Under the pieces are notes generated by a model. It did not search any database. It was not told where the DNA came from and saw only the letters and a program-made list of their open reading frames with translations. A stretch of 64,000 nucleotides of DNA. It comes from Candidatus Kryptonium sp. (lineage in GTDB: Bacteria > Bacteroidota > Ignavibacteria > Kryptoniales > Kryptoniaceae). The translations under genes and the position numbers were made by a program. The stretch spans positions 565,284 to 629,283 of the forward strand of contig JANXBN010000001.1 of the NCBI GenBank assembly GCA_025060635.1, given 5' to 3'. Position 1 is the first letter of the stretch. Each line of letters starts with the position of its first letter. Below, one piece after another: positions 21,776 through 31,434 of the stretch.

Positions 21776-22618
21776 ATGGCATTCTCACAGGGAACCCGCA
21801 TCAACACAAACATCGCAGCGATGAACGCCTACAACGCTCTCAACGATATCAATCGTGAATTGGGCGTTCATCAACTCCGTCTCGCAACGGGGAAGAAGAT
21901 CAACTCCGTCGCCGATGATCCCTCTGGTTACACGATTGCAAAAAAATTGCAAGCAAGAAGCCGTGGGCTTGCACAGGCAATAAACAATGTCGGCGACGCG
22001 AAAAATGTTCTTTCAATTGCTGAAGGCGGTTTGCAGAAAATTAATGACTTGCTTGTTTCAATTAAGGAGCAGGTAACAAGAGCTGTAAACGGTGGCTTGA
22101 GCGAAGATGAACTTCAGGCGATTGCTACACAAATCAATGATTACCTTGCTGAAGTTGATGATATCGTGAAACAAACAAAGTTCAACGGAATGCAATTGCT
22201 CAGAGGAGCTGGTGGTGGTGACTGGGTTGCAGGTAGAGATTTCCAAGTCGGAAGCGATAATGGCGACACTCTCACAGTTAAATTTGACATAACCGTTGAT
22301 AGCACACTTGTAAAATCAGGCGCTGTCGCCACATCTGACTTGGTGACCTCGTTTATCACCACAGTTGATAACGCAATAAAGACAGTTACACAGCAACTTC
22401 AATATGTTGGTTCTTTAATTAATCGTCTTGATGTTAAAGAGGCAAACTTGATAGTGTCAATGACCAACACTGATGCAGCTGCAAGCAGAATTTTTGACGC
22501 CGACATCGCTAAAGAGCAGGTTGAAGTTGCGAAACTTATGATACTCCAGCAAACAGCCACAGCTCAACTTGCTCAAGCAAACGCTGCTCCGCAAGGAGTG
22601 CTTGCATTGTTTAGATAA
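21776..22618 (+). CDS. fliC: Flagellin (short, 280 aa)
   Basis: RINTNIAAMNA, RLATGKKINSVADD, KFNG..LL, SRIFDAD.A.E, AQAN..PQ.VL.L. Confidence 0.96.
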   Translation: MAFSQGTRINTNIAAMNAYNALNDINRELGVHQLRLATGKKINSVADDPSGYTIAKKLQARSRGLAQAINNVGDAKNVLSIAEGGLQKINDLLVSIKEQVTRAVNGGLSEDELQAIATQINDYLAEVDDIVKQTKFNGMQLLRGAGGGDWVAGRDFQVGSDNGDTLTVKFDITVDSTLVKSGAVATSDLVTSFITTVDNAIKTVTQQLQYVGSLINRLDVKEANLIVSMTNTDAAASRIFDADIAKEQVEVAKLMILQQTATAQLAQANAAPQGVLALFR

Positions 22619-22652
22619 TCTTTGGAGACGCTGAACGATAGATAAATGAATC

Positions 22653-22679
22653 TGGGGGTTGCCTTCAGCGCAACCCCCA
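22653..22679 (+). terminator. 10-bp hairpin after fliC with weak U-tract (leaky terminator or mRNA stabiliser)
   Basis: TGGGGGTTGC-cttcagc-GCAACCCCCA followed by ttgcgttt. Confidence 0.65.
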
Positions 22680-22708
22680 TTGCGTTTAAAAATAGAAAAA
22701 GTTTAACA

Positions 22709-23008
22709 ATGCCAGAAAAAAATAGCTACATAGAAAACGAAATTCTCAACCTTTCACCAGTTGAACTGATCTTAAAAATCTATGATGTTGCGATCGTTAG
22801 CTGTAAAAGAAAAGACGCAGAGAGAGCAAACAAAGCTATTACTGAACTTATCGCTTCGTTGAACTTTGATTATAAAGAAATTTCTTTGAGTTTATTTAAA
22901 CTTTACCACTATTGCCAATACGAGATAAGGCAAGGTAATTTTGATAACGCTGTTAAGGTTTTAAAAGAACTTCGCGATGCGTGGGCGAAAGCTTTCAATT
23001 TAAAATAG
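22709..23008 (+). CDS. fliS: Flagellin chaperone FliS (start moved to ATG 22709)
   Basis: SPVELILKIYD, ITEL.ASLNF, LF.LYHY, ELRDAW; the track's upstream start lies within the hairpin region. Confidence 0.88.
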   Translation: MPEKNSYIENEILNLSPVELILKIYDVAIVSCKRKDAERANKAITELIASLNFDYKEISLSLFKLYHYCQYEIRQGNFDNAVKVLKELRDAWAKAFNLK

Positions 23009-23018
23009 GAGTTGCAAA

Positions 23019-24452
23019 ATGTCGTTTTATTTCAATACAAATAACAACATTAACCCTATAGATAACTTACTGCAAATATTCAAACGAGCCGAAAGCAATA
23101 AACTCATCAAGCCAGTTGAAACACAAAAAGATCTAACCCAAGCTAAAAACTCGGTATTTCTGGAACTAAAAACAAAATTAAATTCACTTCTTTCAATAGT
23201 TAAAGATCTGTCAACAAGAGGGGTAAATTCAAGATTTCAAGTTAAAACAGCTGAAGTCTCAGATCAAACTGTTTTATCAGTAAATGTTGAGCCGGTTGCG
23301 ACACCTGCAAACCATACGATTTTAATTCAACAACTTGCGAAAGAGGATTTAATTCTTTCCTCAAAATTTTCAAATGACGGAATGGAAATTTCAACAGCAG
23401 AGGGAACAGGAATAAAAACGATAAGAATCACGGTAAATGGGGTTTCAACTGATGTAAATATCACAATAGGAAACGAAGATACAAATAAAGTGATTTTAAA
23501 TAAAATTGCATCTGCAATAAATTCTGCTGATTTTGATGTTAAAGCAAGCGTTATATCTGATACTGCATCAACTTCGCGACTTGTTATAAAAAGCAAACAT
23601 ACGGGAAGTCAATACGCAATTTCTCTTGCTGATATTCAAGGAAACTTGCTTGCAAACATTGGGCTTGATTCAAATGTTATTAGCGGTCGCATCACTGCAG
23701 GCGATACAACAGGTGGATATCTTTACAATGATATCAATTCGCTTGATGCAAAACTTATCGTTGACGGTATAAATATAATTCGTGGATCAAATAAAATAAA
23801 CGATGTAATTCCTGGCGTCACAATTGAACTAAAGAAATCTCAAAATCCAAACGATAACCCAGTAACTGTCGCAATTAAAACTGGTACTGCCAGAATTAAA
23901 GAGACAATTGATTCGTTTGTGCAAATCTACAATGATTTGATAAAGTTCATAAATGATAAAACGAAAACCACATCGGATGGAACTCGTTCTATTTTAAGTG
24001 GTGATTATGTTCTATTAAAGTTGAAAGCAGACCTGCGGCTTATAGTAAGCAGTCCTGTTTCATCAGGAACTTTAAAATTTTTAAGTGATATCGGAATCAA
24101 GATTAATCCTGACGGAACGCTTAAGATTTCTGATAACTCAAAACTTGATAAGTTGATCTCTACAAATGTTTCACAGGTAGAGGAACTTTTTAACTCTTCA
24201 GACGGGATAGCGATTAAATTAAAGGAATTTATAAATCCTTTTGTCCAAATCGGTGGGGTAATTGAGCAAAGAATTAACTTTGGAAAGGAACAGATAAAAC
24301 GGTTTGACGAGAGGATAAAATCTTTGAACAAAATCATTGAACAAAGAGCCGAAGATTTGAGAAAGCAATTTGCCCAACTTCAATCTCTTTACACTGCTTT
24401 TGCAAGGCAACAAGCAATAGCTCAACAATTAATGCAGATGTTCCTGTCATGA
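23019..24452 (+). CDS. fliD: Flagellar filament cap protein
   Basis: I.QLA, S..TG, DAKLIVDG....R.SN.I.DVIPGVTIEL, FV..YNDL, L.DIGI, QFAQL. Confidence 0.92.
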   Translation: MSFYFNTNNNINPIDNLLQIFKRAESNKLIKPVETQKDLTQAKNSVFLELKTKLNSLLSIVKDLSTRGVNSRFQVKTAEVSDQTVLSVNVEPVATPANHTILIQQLAKEDLILSSKFSNDGMEISTAEGTGIKTIRITVNGVSTDVNITIGNEDTNKVILNKIASAINSADFDVKASVISDTASTSRLVIKSKHTGSQYAISLADIQGNLLANIGLDSNVISGRITAGDTTGGYLYNDINSLDAKLIVDGINIIRGSNKINDVIPGVTIELKKSQNPNDNPVTVAIKTGTARIKETIDSFVQIYNDLIKFINDKTKTTSDGTRSILSGDYVLLKLKADLRLIVSSPVSSGTLKFLSDIGIKINPDGTLKISDNSKLDKLISTNVSQVEELFNSSDGIAIKLKEFINPFVQIGGVIEQRINFGKEQIKRFDERIKSLNKIIEQRAEDLRKQFAQLQSLYTAFARQQAIAQQLMQMFLS

Positions 24453-24793
24453 TCCAAGAAGTAAAAAACATAGCGACAGTACAAACAATTCACCAAAACA
24501 AGCACGATCTGAACGATGCGAGAGTTATACAAAATGAAGATGAAGTTACGCAAAACGAGCGTAAAATCTCAATGGAGGAAGTAGAGAAAATAATAAAAGA
24601 ATTAAATCAGTTTATTCAAATTTTTAACACCAAGATCACTTTTGAAATTGACAAGGAAGCGAGGAAAACCGTTTTGAAGATCGTTGATGTGGAAACAAAC
24701 GAGATAATTCGCCAAATCCCACCAAAGGAACTTTTGATAATTTCAAAGCGAATTAGTGAATTACTTGGATTGATAATCAATGAGAAAGTATAA
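24449..24793 (+). CDS. flaG: FlaG family protein
   Basis: FEID......V.KIVD.ET.EIIRQIPP.E. Confidence 0.9.
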   Translation: MIQEVKNIATVQTIHQNKHDLNDARVIQNEDEVTQNERKISMEEVEKIIKELNQFIQIFNTKITFEIDKEARKTVLKIVDVETNEIIRQIPPKELLIISKRISELLGLIINEKV

Positions 24794-25145
24794 CTCAAAT
24801 ACAAAGTTAATTCAATTGATTTTTGATGAACTTCGCGAGACATTAAAGATTACGCTTTTGATTCGGGAGATGATCTCCAGAGGTGAATTCACGAAGTTAT
24901 CCGAACACCTATTGAAGCGAGAGCAAAAGCTTAAAGAAATGTTCAATCTCTTGGAAAACTTTGAAAAAGTGAAAAATGAAATCCCAGATTTCCAACAAAT
25001 CAAGTTTGAGGTTAAATCAATTCTTAATGAGATACTAAAGATTGATAGGGAAAGTGCCGATAATATAAAGGAGAAAATGAGAGAAATTTCGGAAGAGCTA
25101 TCAAAGTTGATTGAACGCAGAAAAATTTTAAATTATTTGAGGTAA
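24780..25145 (+). CDS. Probable flagellar chaperone (FliT/FlgN-like)
   Basis: Helical; LL.RE..L and IL.ID.E motifs; lies between flaG and flgM. Confidence 0.55.
   Translation: MRKYNSNTKLIQLIFDELRETLKITLLIREMISRGEFTKLSEHLLKREQKLKEMFNLLENFEKVKNEIPDFQQIKFEVKSILNEILKIDRESADNIKEKMREISEELSKLIERRKILNYLR
25036..25063 (+). promoter_or_regulatory. Internal sigma-28 promoter for flgM (inside the fliT-like gene)
   Basis: TAAA(25036-25039)-N16-GCCGATAA(25056-25063), exact consensus -10. Confidence 0.8.
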
Positions 25146-25147
25146 AA

Positions 25148-25396
25148 ATGAGGATAAATGAAATAAGCGGAAAAATACCGCTGCCTGAAGAGAACAGCGG
25201 GCGGAAAACGCAAAAAACGGAGGAGAAGAAAGATAAAATTGAGATTTCAAGTGAAGCAAGGGAAATCTATAGATTGAAAAGAGCGGAAAGAATTGAAGAA
25301 GTTAAAAAGAAGATTGAAACGGGCTTTTATAACTCTGATGATGTGATTGATAAAGTCGCAGAGAAAGTATACAGTCTATTTAAAATAGGCAAGTAG
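25148..25396 (+). CDS. flgM: Anti-sigma-28 factor FlgM
   Basis: DKIEISSEA, RAERIEEVKKKIETGFY...D..VAEK. Confidence 0.88.
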   Translation: MRINEISGKIPLPEENSGRKTQKTEEKKDKIEISSEAREIYRLKRAERIEEVKKKIETGFYNSDDVIDKVAEKVYSLFKIGK

Positions 25397-25446
25397 ATCC
25401 CGTGATCTATCAACCATAGCACCTCCCCCCGCCGTAGTTCAGTGGT

Positions 25447-25479
25447 AAAAAAACCCGAACTGTGTGTTCGGGTTTTTTT
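25447..25479. terminator. Bidirectional intrinsic terminator after flgM
   Basis: AAAAAAACCCGAAC-tgtgt-GTTCGGGTTTTTTT. Confidence 0.9.
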
Positions 25480-25556
25480 GTTTTGTTTGAAATTTTAAAT
25501 TATTCCATCTATATTTTTACTGGTTTAGCAAAACGCAACAAATTTTTGATCTTAAA

Positions 25557-26051
25557 TTGCGCGTATACCTTTCGGGCGGAATGGAATATGCAAATGAAAA
25601 GATCTTCGTATGGAGATTTGAAATTGAAAGATGGTTGAGGGAAAATTTAAATCATTTCGTTTTTAACCCCGTGATAGAGACGCAAAAGTTTCTTGAGGAG
25701 AACTATCCTGATATTTTAAACTTCAGAGAGTTAAAGGTGACCTCGCCAGAAAAGTTTACGGAAATAATTAGACGAATTGTTGAAAAAGATATTGAGGCGG
25801 TAAAACAATGCGATTATATCATCTGTTTTTGGGATGAGAGCGCTGAAAAGGGAGCTGGAACCCAAGGTGAAATTACGCTTGCAAAGTTTCTTAACAAGCC
25901 TGTTTTCCTTGTATCAAAATTTGAGTTTTCAAAAATTCCGTCATGGATCATAGGTTGTGTGGATAAAATTTTTTACGACTTTGAGCAATTGAAAGATTTC
26001 CTTTACAAAAAATTTAAACCTTCCAATGAGAGCAACGAGAGCGGAGATTGA
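25557..26051 (+). CDS. Nucleoside 2-deoxyribosyltransferase-like protein
   Basis: VYLSGGM, VFNP, D...V..CD.II, GT..EI..A..L.KPV. Confidence 0.7.
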   Translation: MRVYLSGGMEYANEKIFVWRFEIERWLRENLNHFVFNPVIETQKFLEENYPDILNFRELKVTSPEKFTEIIRRIVEKDIEAVKQCDYIICFWDESAEKGAGTQGEITLAKFLNKPVFLVSKFEFSKIPSWIIGCVDKIFYDFEQLKDFLYKKFKPSNESNESGD

Positions 26052-27135
26052 CCTTTCTGCTTTTGAGTTTAATTTTAAACAAGTAAGAAAACTGGTGGGT
26101 GGGGGCATTAAAATAATGGCCGTTGTGAAAGCAAATGCCTACGGTCATGGTGCAATTGAAATATCAAAATTAGCTATATCGCTTGGTGCTGATTACCTCG
26201 CTGTTGCAATTCCTGAGGAGGGAATTGAATTAAGAGAAAATGGAATTGATATACCAATTCTTGTTTTCACCCCAGCGTTTGAATATCAAATGGAACTTTT
26301 CTTTAAATATGACTTAACAGCGACAATAACTTCGCTTGAAAGCGCACAGAAATTTAATGTGCTCAGCGACAAATTTGGGAAAAAGGCAAAATGTCACATT
26401 AAGGTTGATACAGGGATGGGAAGAATTGGAATAGATTATAAAAACGCATACGAATTTGTTAAGAAGATTTATTACGACTTTAAAAATCTTTACATTGAAG
26501 GGATTTACACTCACTTTGCAACATCCGATGAAAGAGACAAATCCTTTGCATATCTTCAATTTGAAAGATTTATTAGCATCATAAGAGAGATCAATATGTC
26601 TGGGATTGATATACCACTAAAACATTGTGCAAATTCTGGGGCTATACTTGATATGCCGGAGACATATCTTGATATGGTTAGACCAGGGATCATGCTATAC
26701 GGTTATCATCCATCGCTTGAGGTCAAAAACAGGATTGAACTAAAACCAGTTATGACATTAAAATCAAAAGTCGCATTTGTTAAAGAGGTTGAGCCTGGGA
26801 CAAGCATTAGCTACGGACGAAGGTTCATAGCGAAAGAAAAAACTAAAATAGCAACGATACCTATCGGATATGCAGATGGCTTTAGACGCTCACTTACAAA
26901 TCTTGGGAAAGTTGAAATAAATGGCGTAATTTTCCCAGTCGTTGGAACCGTAACAATGGATCAGATCATGGTTGATGTGGGCTTAAGCACAGATATAAAA
27001 GTTGGGGATGATGTAATTTTATTCGGTAATGGAAATATAACAGCGTGGGATGTAGCGAGTTTGCTTGGGACAATACCTTATGAAATCTGTTGCGGTATTT
27101 CTTCAAGGGTTCCAAGAATTTATGTGAGAAATTAA
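26026..27135 (+). CDS. alr: Alanine racemase
   Basis: AVVKANAYGHG PLP site, HIKVDTGMGR, RPGIMLYG, GYADG. Confidence 0.97.
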   Translation: MRATRAEIDLSAFEFNFKQVRKLVGGGIKIMAVVKANAYGHGAIEISKLAISLGADYLAVAIPEEGIELRENGIDIPILVFTPAFEYQMELFFKYDLTATITSLESAQKFNVLSDKFGKKAKCHIKVDTGMGRIGIDYKNAYEFVKKIYYDFKNLYIEGIYTHFATSDERDKSFAYLQFERFISIIREINMSGIDIPLKHCANSGAILDMPETYLDMVRPGIMLYGYHPSLEVKNRIELKPVMTLKSKVAFVKEVEPGTSISYGRRFIAKEKTKIATIPIGYADGFRRSLTNLGKVEINGVIFPVVGTVTMDQIMVDVGLSTDIKVGDDVILFGNGNITAWDVASLLGTIPYEICCGISSRVPRIYVRN

Positions 27136-27154
27136 AAACAAAAAGGGTTAAATC

Positions 27155-28246
27155 ATGTCAAAAGCATTTGCGGTGATAATGGCAGGTGGCGTCGGCTCAA
27201 GATTCTGGCCCAAAAGTAGATCAAGAAAACCGAAACAATTTTTAAACATTCTATCTTCAAAATCTTTAATTGAGCAGACAATAGAACGAATAAATCCACT
27301 TATCCCAGAGGAGGACATACTTATTGTTTCAAACAAAAATCAAACAGCCGAACTTGTTCAGGTGTTACCAAAATTTCCAATTCAAAACATAATCCTTGAA
27401 CCGCTTTCCAAAAACACAGCACCTTGCATAGGGCTCGCAGCTTTGTTTATAAGAAGACGTCAACCTGATGCAGTGATGGTCGTTCTACCATCAGATCATC
27501 TCATAAAAAATGAGGAAAAGTTTCTCAACACATTAAAAATAGGGATTGAAACAGCGTATAAAACAAATGGTTTAATAACGATAGGAATTCAACCATCATA
27601 CCCATCAACTGGCTATGGTTATATTCAATTCATTGAGGATGATGAGAGCGAACTTTCAGAAAAGGGAGTTTATAAAGTAAAAACATTCGCTGAAAAGCCT
27701 GATTTAGAAACAGCTAAAAAATTTATAGAAAGCGGAGATTTTCTTTGGAACAGCGGTATGTTCATATGGAGAGTTGATGTGATACTTGACGAAATTCAAA
27801 CACATTTGCCAGATATATATGAAGAATTAATGACAATTGACAAAACAATTGGAACTGATGAATTCAAAACTGTCCTTGAACAAGCGTATGGAAGAATGAA
27901 ATCAATCTCCATTGATTATGGAGTTATGGAGAAGACAAACAGAGCCTATGTGATAAAAGCAAATTTTGAATGGAGCGATGTTGGAAGTTGGGAAGAAGTT
28001 TATAACCTTGCACCAAAAGATAAAGATGGAAATTATATCTCTTCAAATCCAGAAAATGTAGTTTTAATTGATGTCAAAAATTCACTAATTGAAGGGAACA
28101 AAACCTTAATTGCAATGATTGGGGTTGAAGATTTAATAGTTGTCAGCAGCGAGGATGCAATTTTGATTTGTAAGCGTGATAGAGCGCAAGATGTAAGAAA
28201 CATAGTCAATTACCTTAAACGAAAAAATATGGAAAAGTATCTATGA
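27155..28246 (+). CDS. manC: Mannose-1-phosphate guanylyltransferase (no PMI domain)
   Basis: [48 protein letters not shown]. Confidence 0.93.
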   Translation: MSKAFAVIMAGGVGSRFWPKSRSRKPKQFLNILSSKSLIEQTIERINPLIPEEDILIVSNKNQTAELVQVLPKFPIQNIILEPLSKNTAPCIGLAALFIRRRQPDAVMVVLPSDHLIKNEEKFLNTLKIGIETAYKTNGLITIGIQPSYPSTGYGYIQFIEDDESELSEKGVYKVKTFAEKPDLETAKKFIESGDFLWNSGMFIWRVDVILDEIQTHLPDIYEELMTIDKTIGTDEFKTVLEQAYGRMKSISIDYGVMEKTNRAYVIKANFEWSDVGSWEEVYNLAPKDKDGNYISSNPENVVLIDVKNSLIEGNKTLIAMIGVEDLIVVSSEDAILICKRDRAQDVRNIVNYLKRKNMEKYL

Positions 28247-28653
28247 GGATCTTGAAAACTTCAATCTTCATTTTGATATTTGCCTTTAACTCCTGCACGA
28301 GCGCTGTCCGTTATTCAACTCAAGAAACATTCAGAATCTCTGAAAAAGTTCAAATCGGTGTTGCTTCATATTATGGATTAGAATTTCACGGTAGACCAAC
28401 GACAAGTGGTGAGATATACGATATGAATTCCCTTACAGCAGCTCATCCAACTTTGCCACTTGGGACAATTGTTAAAGTCACGAACCTTGCCAACGATAAA
28501 AGTGTCATCGTTAGAATAAACGATAGAGGACCTTTTAAAAAGAATAGAATTATTGATGTTTCGTATGAAGCAGCTAAACAACTTGGTTTTTTAAATGACG
28601 GAACAGCACTTGTGAAGATTGAAGTCATAAAACTTCCCGAAGATGAAAAATAA
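28243..28653 (+). CDS. rlpA: Septal ring lytic transglycosylase RlpA (lipoprotein)
   Basis: Lipobox FNSC; [30 protein letters not shown]. Confidence 0.92.
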   Translation: MRILKTSIFILIFAFNSCTSAVRYSTQETFRISEKVQIGVASYYGLEFHGRPTTSGEIYDMNSLTAAHPTLPLGTIVKVTNLANDKSVIVRINDRGPFKKNRIIDVSYEAAKQLGFLNDGTALVKIEVIKLPEDEK

Positions 28654-28661
28654 AATCGGAT

Positions 28662-29615
28662 TTGATCGTGAAAAATAGAAAAAGAATAAAGCCACCAGCA
28701 TTGAAAAAGGGGGATGTAATTGGAATCGTCTCCCCTGCAAGCTCCCCAGATGATTTTTCAAGAATTGACAAAGGAGTTGCTTACCTTGAAAGTTTGGGAT
28801 ATAGGGTTAAGCTAGGTAAACATATCTACAGACGAAATGGGTATCTTTCTGCGAATGATGATGAAAGAGCTGAGGATTTAAATGAAATGTTTTCGGATCC
28901 GCAAGTCCGTGCGATAATTTGTGTAAGAGGTGGATATGGCACGCCGAGAATTCTTGATAAAATCAATTACAGCGCGATCCGAAAAAATCCAAAGATTTTC
29001 GTTGGCTATAGCGATATAACTGCGCTTCAACTTGCGATTTTCAAAAAAACTGGGCTGATAACTTTCTCAGGTCCGATGCTTGCGGTTGATATTTATTCCG
29101 ATTTTGATCCATATGCTGAGGAATTTTTTTGGAGAATTTTGACTTCAAAATCGGACAAAATTCAAATAAAAAATCCTGACGATAAAGACATCAGCGTTTT
29201 AAGTCATGGAAAATCAACGGGAATCCTGCTTGGAGGAAACTTATCTCTATTGGCTTCGGTAATTGGAACTAAATTTCAACCGGATTTCAGTAATTCGGTC
29301 CTTGTAGTTGAGGACATTGGGGAAGAGCCGTATAGAATTGATAGATATTTCTCTCAACTGAAAAACTCGGGAGTACTTAGCAAAATTAAGGCTTGTGTTC
29401 TCGGACAGTTTACAGATTGCGCCCCTAAGGAGCCAGAGAAAAGTTTGACCCTTGAACAAATTTTTCAAGATTATTTAGGCAATCTTAAGATTCCTGTTAT
29501 AGCAAATTTAAGTTACGGGCATATCCCAAAGAAAATCACTCTCCCGATTGGAGCCAAGATAAGAATTGATACAAAGAGAAAAATGATAGCAATAGTTGAA
29601 AGCGTTGTGTCTTAA
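28662..29615 (+). CDS. ldcA: LD-carboxypeptidase (S66 family)
   Basis: RGGYG, GYSDIT nucleophile, GGNL, LEDI-like VEDIGE, YGH. Confidence 0.92.
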   Translation: MIVKNRKRIKPPALKKGDVIGIVSPASSPDDFSRIDKGVAYLESLGYRVKLGKHIYRRNGYLSANDDERAEDLNEMFSDPQVRAIICVRGGYGTPRILDKINYSAIRKNPKIFVGYSDITALQLAIFKKTGLITFSGPMLAVDIYSDFDPYAEEFFWRILTSKSDKIQIKNPDDKDISVLSHGKSTGILLGGNLSLLASVIGTKFQPDFSNSVLVVEDIGEEPYRIDRYFSQLKNSGVLSKIKACVLGQFTDCAPKEPEKSLTLEQIFQDYLGNLKIPVIANLSYGHIPKKITLPIGAKIRIDTKRKMIAIVESVVS

Positions 29616-31434
29616 AATAGTGATCTTCATGATTTTAACCTCAACTTTGTCATCGCAAAATCTGCTTCAGTTCAAGTTTAATCGCGAATTTTCAAACTTT
29701 TATTGGAATGGTCTTTTAAATTTTCACACATCAAGAGGTTCTTTTGACATTTATATTTACGAGAAGTTTTCAGAAATGATAATAAAAACGGACAGAAAAT
29801 TTGTTCGTGACGATAACGATTTCAAGTTTAGATTTCATAAAAGCATTTCCTCTCGTTTTAAGATATCGCTTCTTTTAAACTCTGTTTCATTTGTTGATGA
29901 TAAACTTGTGGGATTCAGCAGGGCATCTTCAACTGATCTATTATCTGGTATTAAGGTGATGCCATTTTCAAATTTCGGTTTTTCTTTTTTAAGTGGATAT
30001 AAACTTGATTATCAAATGAAACAAAAAGACGATGGCTGGGTTTACAGGATTTCTTCTGATACGACGGATTTATTGATCTCTGATTATCATCTAAAGACAA
30101 ATATAGAGCACCAGGAGGATTTTATTAAGCCAAGAAAAAACATAACTTCATCGCTCAATCTAACCGTATGGCGAAAATTTACCGCTGATGTTGAAAGCAA
30201 AGCGGAAATTTTTATCAAGCGCGTTAAGCGTGACTTTTATTTCTATGCTGATTCAAATATACAAAAAACTTACGGTGTTAATTTAAACATTGAGGGAAGA
30301 GATGAGAGGGCAATAACAGGAGTTTTGCTTTTGGACTATCCATTGATCAATAACTTAACTTTAAATTTAAACTTTGCTTTAAACAGACGAAACATAGCGA
30401 AGATGGTGCGTTATAAAACGCCTTCGCTTTATGATTCAGATATTGAAGAATTTACACTTAACATGAGCACGGGTTTATCATATTCAACGGAAAAATTTAA
30501 AACAAAATTTGAAATAGGATACTCCGAGCGAAACGAAATTCACAAACCTAAAAAACATGAGTTAACAACCGAGAGCATGTTTTTGAGGATAAAACAAAGC
30601 GAAGAGCAGAAAAACAATAAAAGTTTGCGGAGGATTGTAAATGGTGAAATTTCTTTTGATCCTTTGGATTGGTTAACAGTAGGCGGGATGTTTTATGTTT
30701 CGCTTTTTAGATACGACACACCAAGTGCTTTAAATGATGATGATAGAGATGAGCTCTTACAGATTTTCCGCGTTTTTCTGAAATTAGATATCTCAAGAGA
30801 AATTCGGATGGAGATACCGCTTGACCTAAATGGACAACATCTTGTTTATATCTTTGCAACAAGAAGCGTGAATAACAATTGGAACAGAATAATTAAACTT
30901 TCCCCTTCAATTATTTTTGAAAACGAGCGCTTGAGGAACAGAGCAAGTTTTTCAGTCCTTGCGAATTACACAGTTTATGATTTTGAGACGATCACACCTA
31001 TGGTGAAAAGTTATGTTTTCAGACAATTTTATTTTAATGATTCAATTTCCTTTCCAGTGTTTAGTAGGTTGAGTTTTAGCGGAAATTTGCAAGTGATACT
31101 TTCAGAAAGCGGGAGATTGAAATGGAGAGAATTTAAAACAAAACCAGTAATTTTTATAAGCAACAGCGAATATAGTTTTAAATTAAACTACTCCTTGAAT
31201 AAAAGTGCAAGATTTTCGGTAGGTTATCGTTTCTTTAACGAGAGAAGATATAGATTCGTTGAACTTAACAGAGTTCCTGATACGAGGATAATTGCGTCAG
31301 GTCCTATATCAGAAATTGAGATAGCAAATGAAAAATTTAAATTAAACTTTGACGGTTGGATGGAGCGTTTGAGGTTGGGTGGCAAGGTAAGTGAAGTGCC
31401 AATTTTGAATTTAAATTTGACAATAAACTTATGA
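29596..31434 (+). CDS. Large uncharacterised outer-membrane beta-barrel protein
   Basis: Signal peptide; extensive amphipathic beta strands; ends LNLTINL. Confidence 0.6.
   Translation: MKALCLKIVIFMILTSTLSSQNLLQFKFNREFSNFYWNGLLNFHTSRGSFDIYIYEKFSEMIIKTDRKFVRDDNDFKFRFHKSISSRFKISLLLNSVSFVDDKLVGFSRASSTDLLSGIKVMPFSNFGFSFLSGYKLDYQMKQKDDGWVYRISSDTTDLLISDYHLKTNIEHQEDFIKPRKNITSSLNLTVWRKFTADVESKAEIFIKRVKRDFYFYADSNIQKTYGVNLNIEGRDERAITGVLLLDYPLINNLTLNLNFALNRRNIAKMVRYKTPSLYDSDIEEFTLNMSTGLSYSTEKFKTKFEIGYSERNEIHKPKKHELTTESMFLRIKQSEEQKNNKSLRRIVNGEISFDPLDWLTVGGMFYVSLFRYDTPSALNDDDRDELLQIFRVFLKLDISREIRMEIPLDLNGQHLVYIFATRSVNNNWNRIIKLSPSIIFENERLRNRASFSVLANYTVYDFETITPMVKSYVFRQFYFNDSISFPVFSRLSFSGNLQVILSESGRLKWREFKTKPVIFISNSEYSFKLNYSLNKSARFSVGYRFFNERRYRFVELNRVPDTRIIASGPISEIEIANEKFKLNFDGWMERLRLGGKVSEVPILNLNLTINL

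Noticed and set aside
22646-22708. N-terminal extension of FliS in the ORF track
   Set aside because: It translates through the fliC 3' hairpin; homology begins near ATG 22709.
25375-25416. 13-aa minus-strand ORF MVDRSRDLLAYFK preceded by GGAGG
   Set aside because: Lies just downstream of a terminator on that strand with no promoter seen; the GGAGG is simply the complement of the shared box.
19926-25479. Flagellin cluster as a tRNA-integrated genomic island
   Set aside because: No integrase, no direct repeat of the tRNA-Val 3' end, and no obvious compositional shift; the genes belong to the host FliA regulon.
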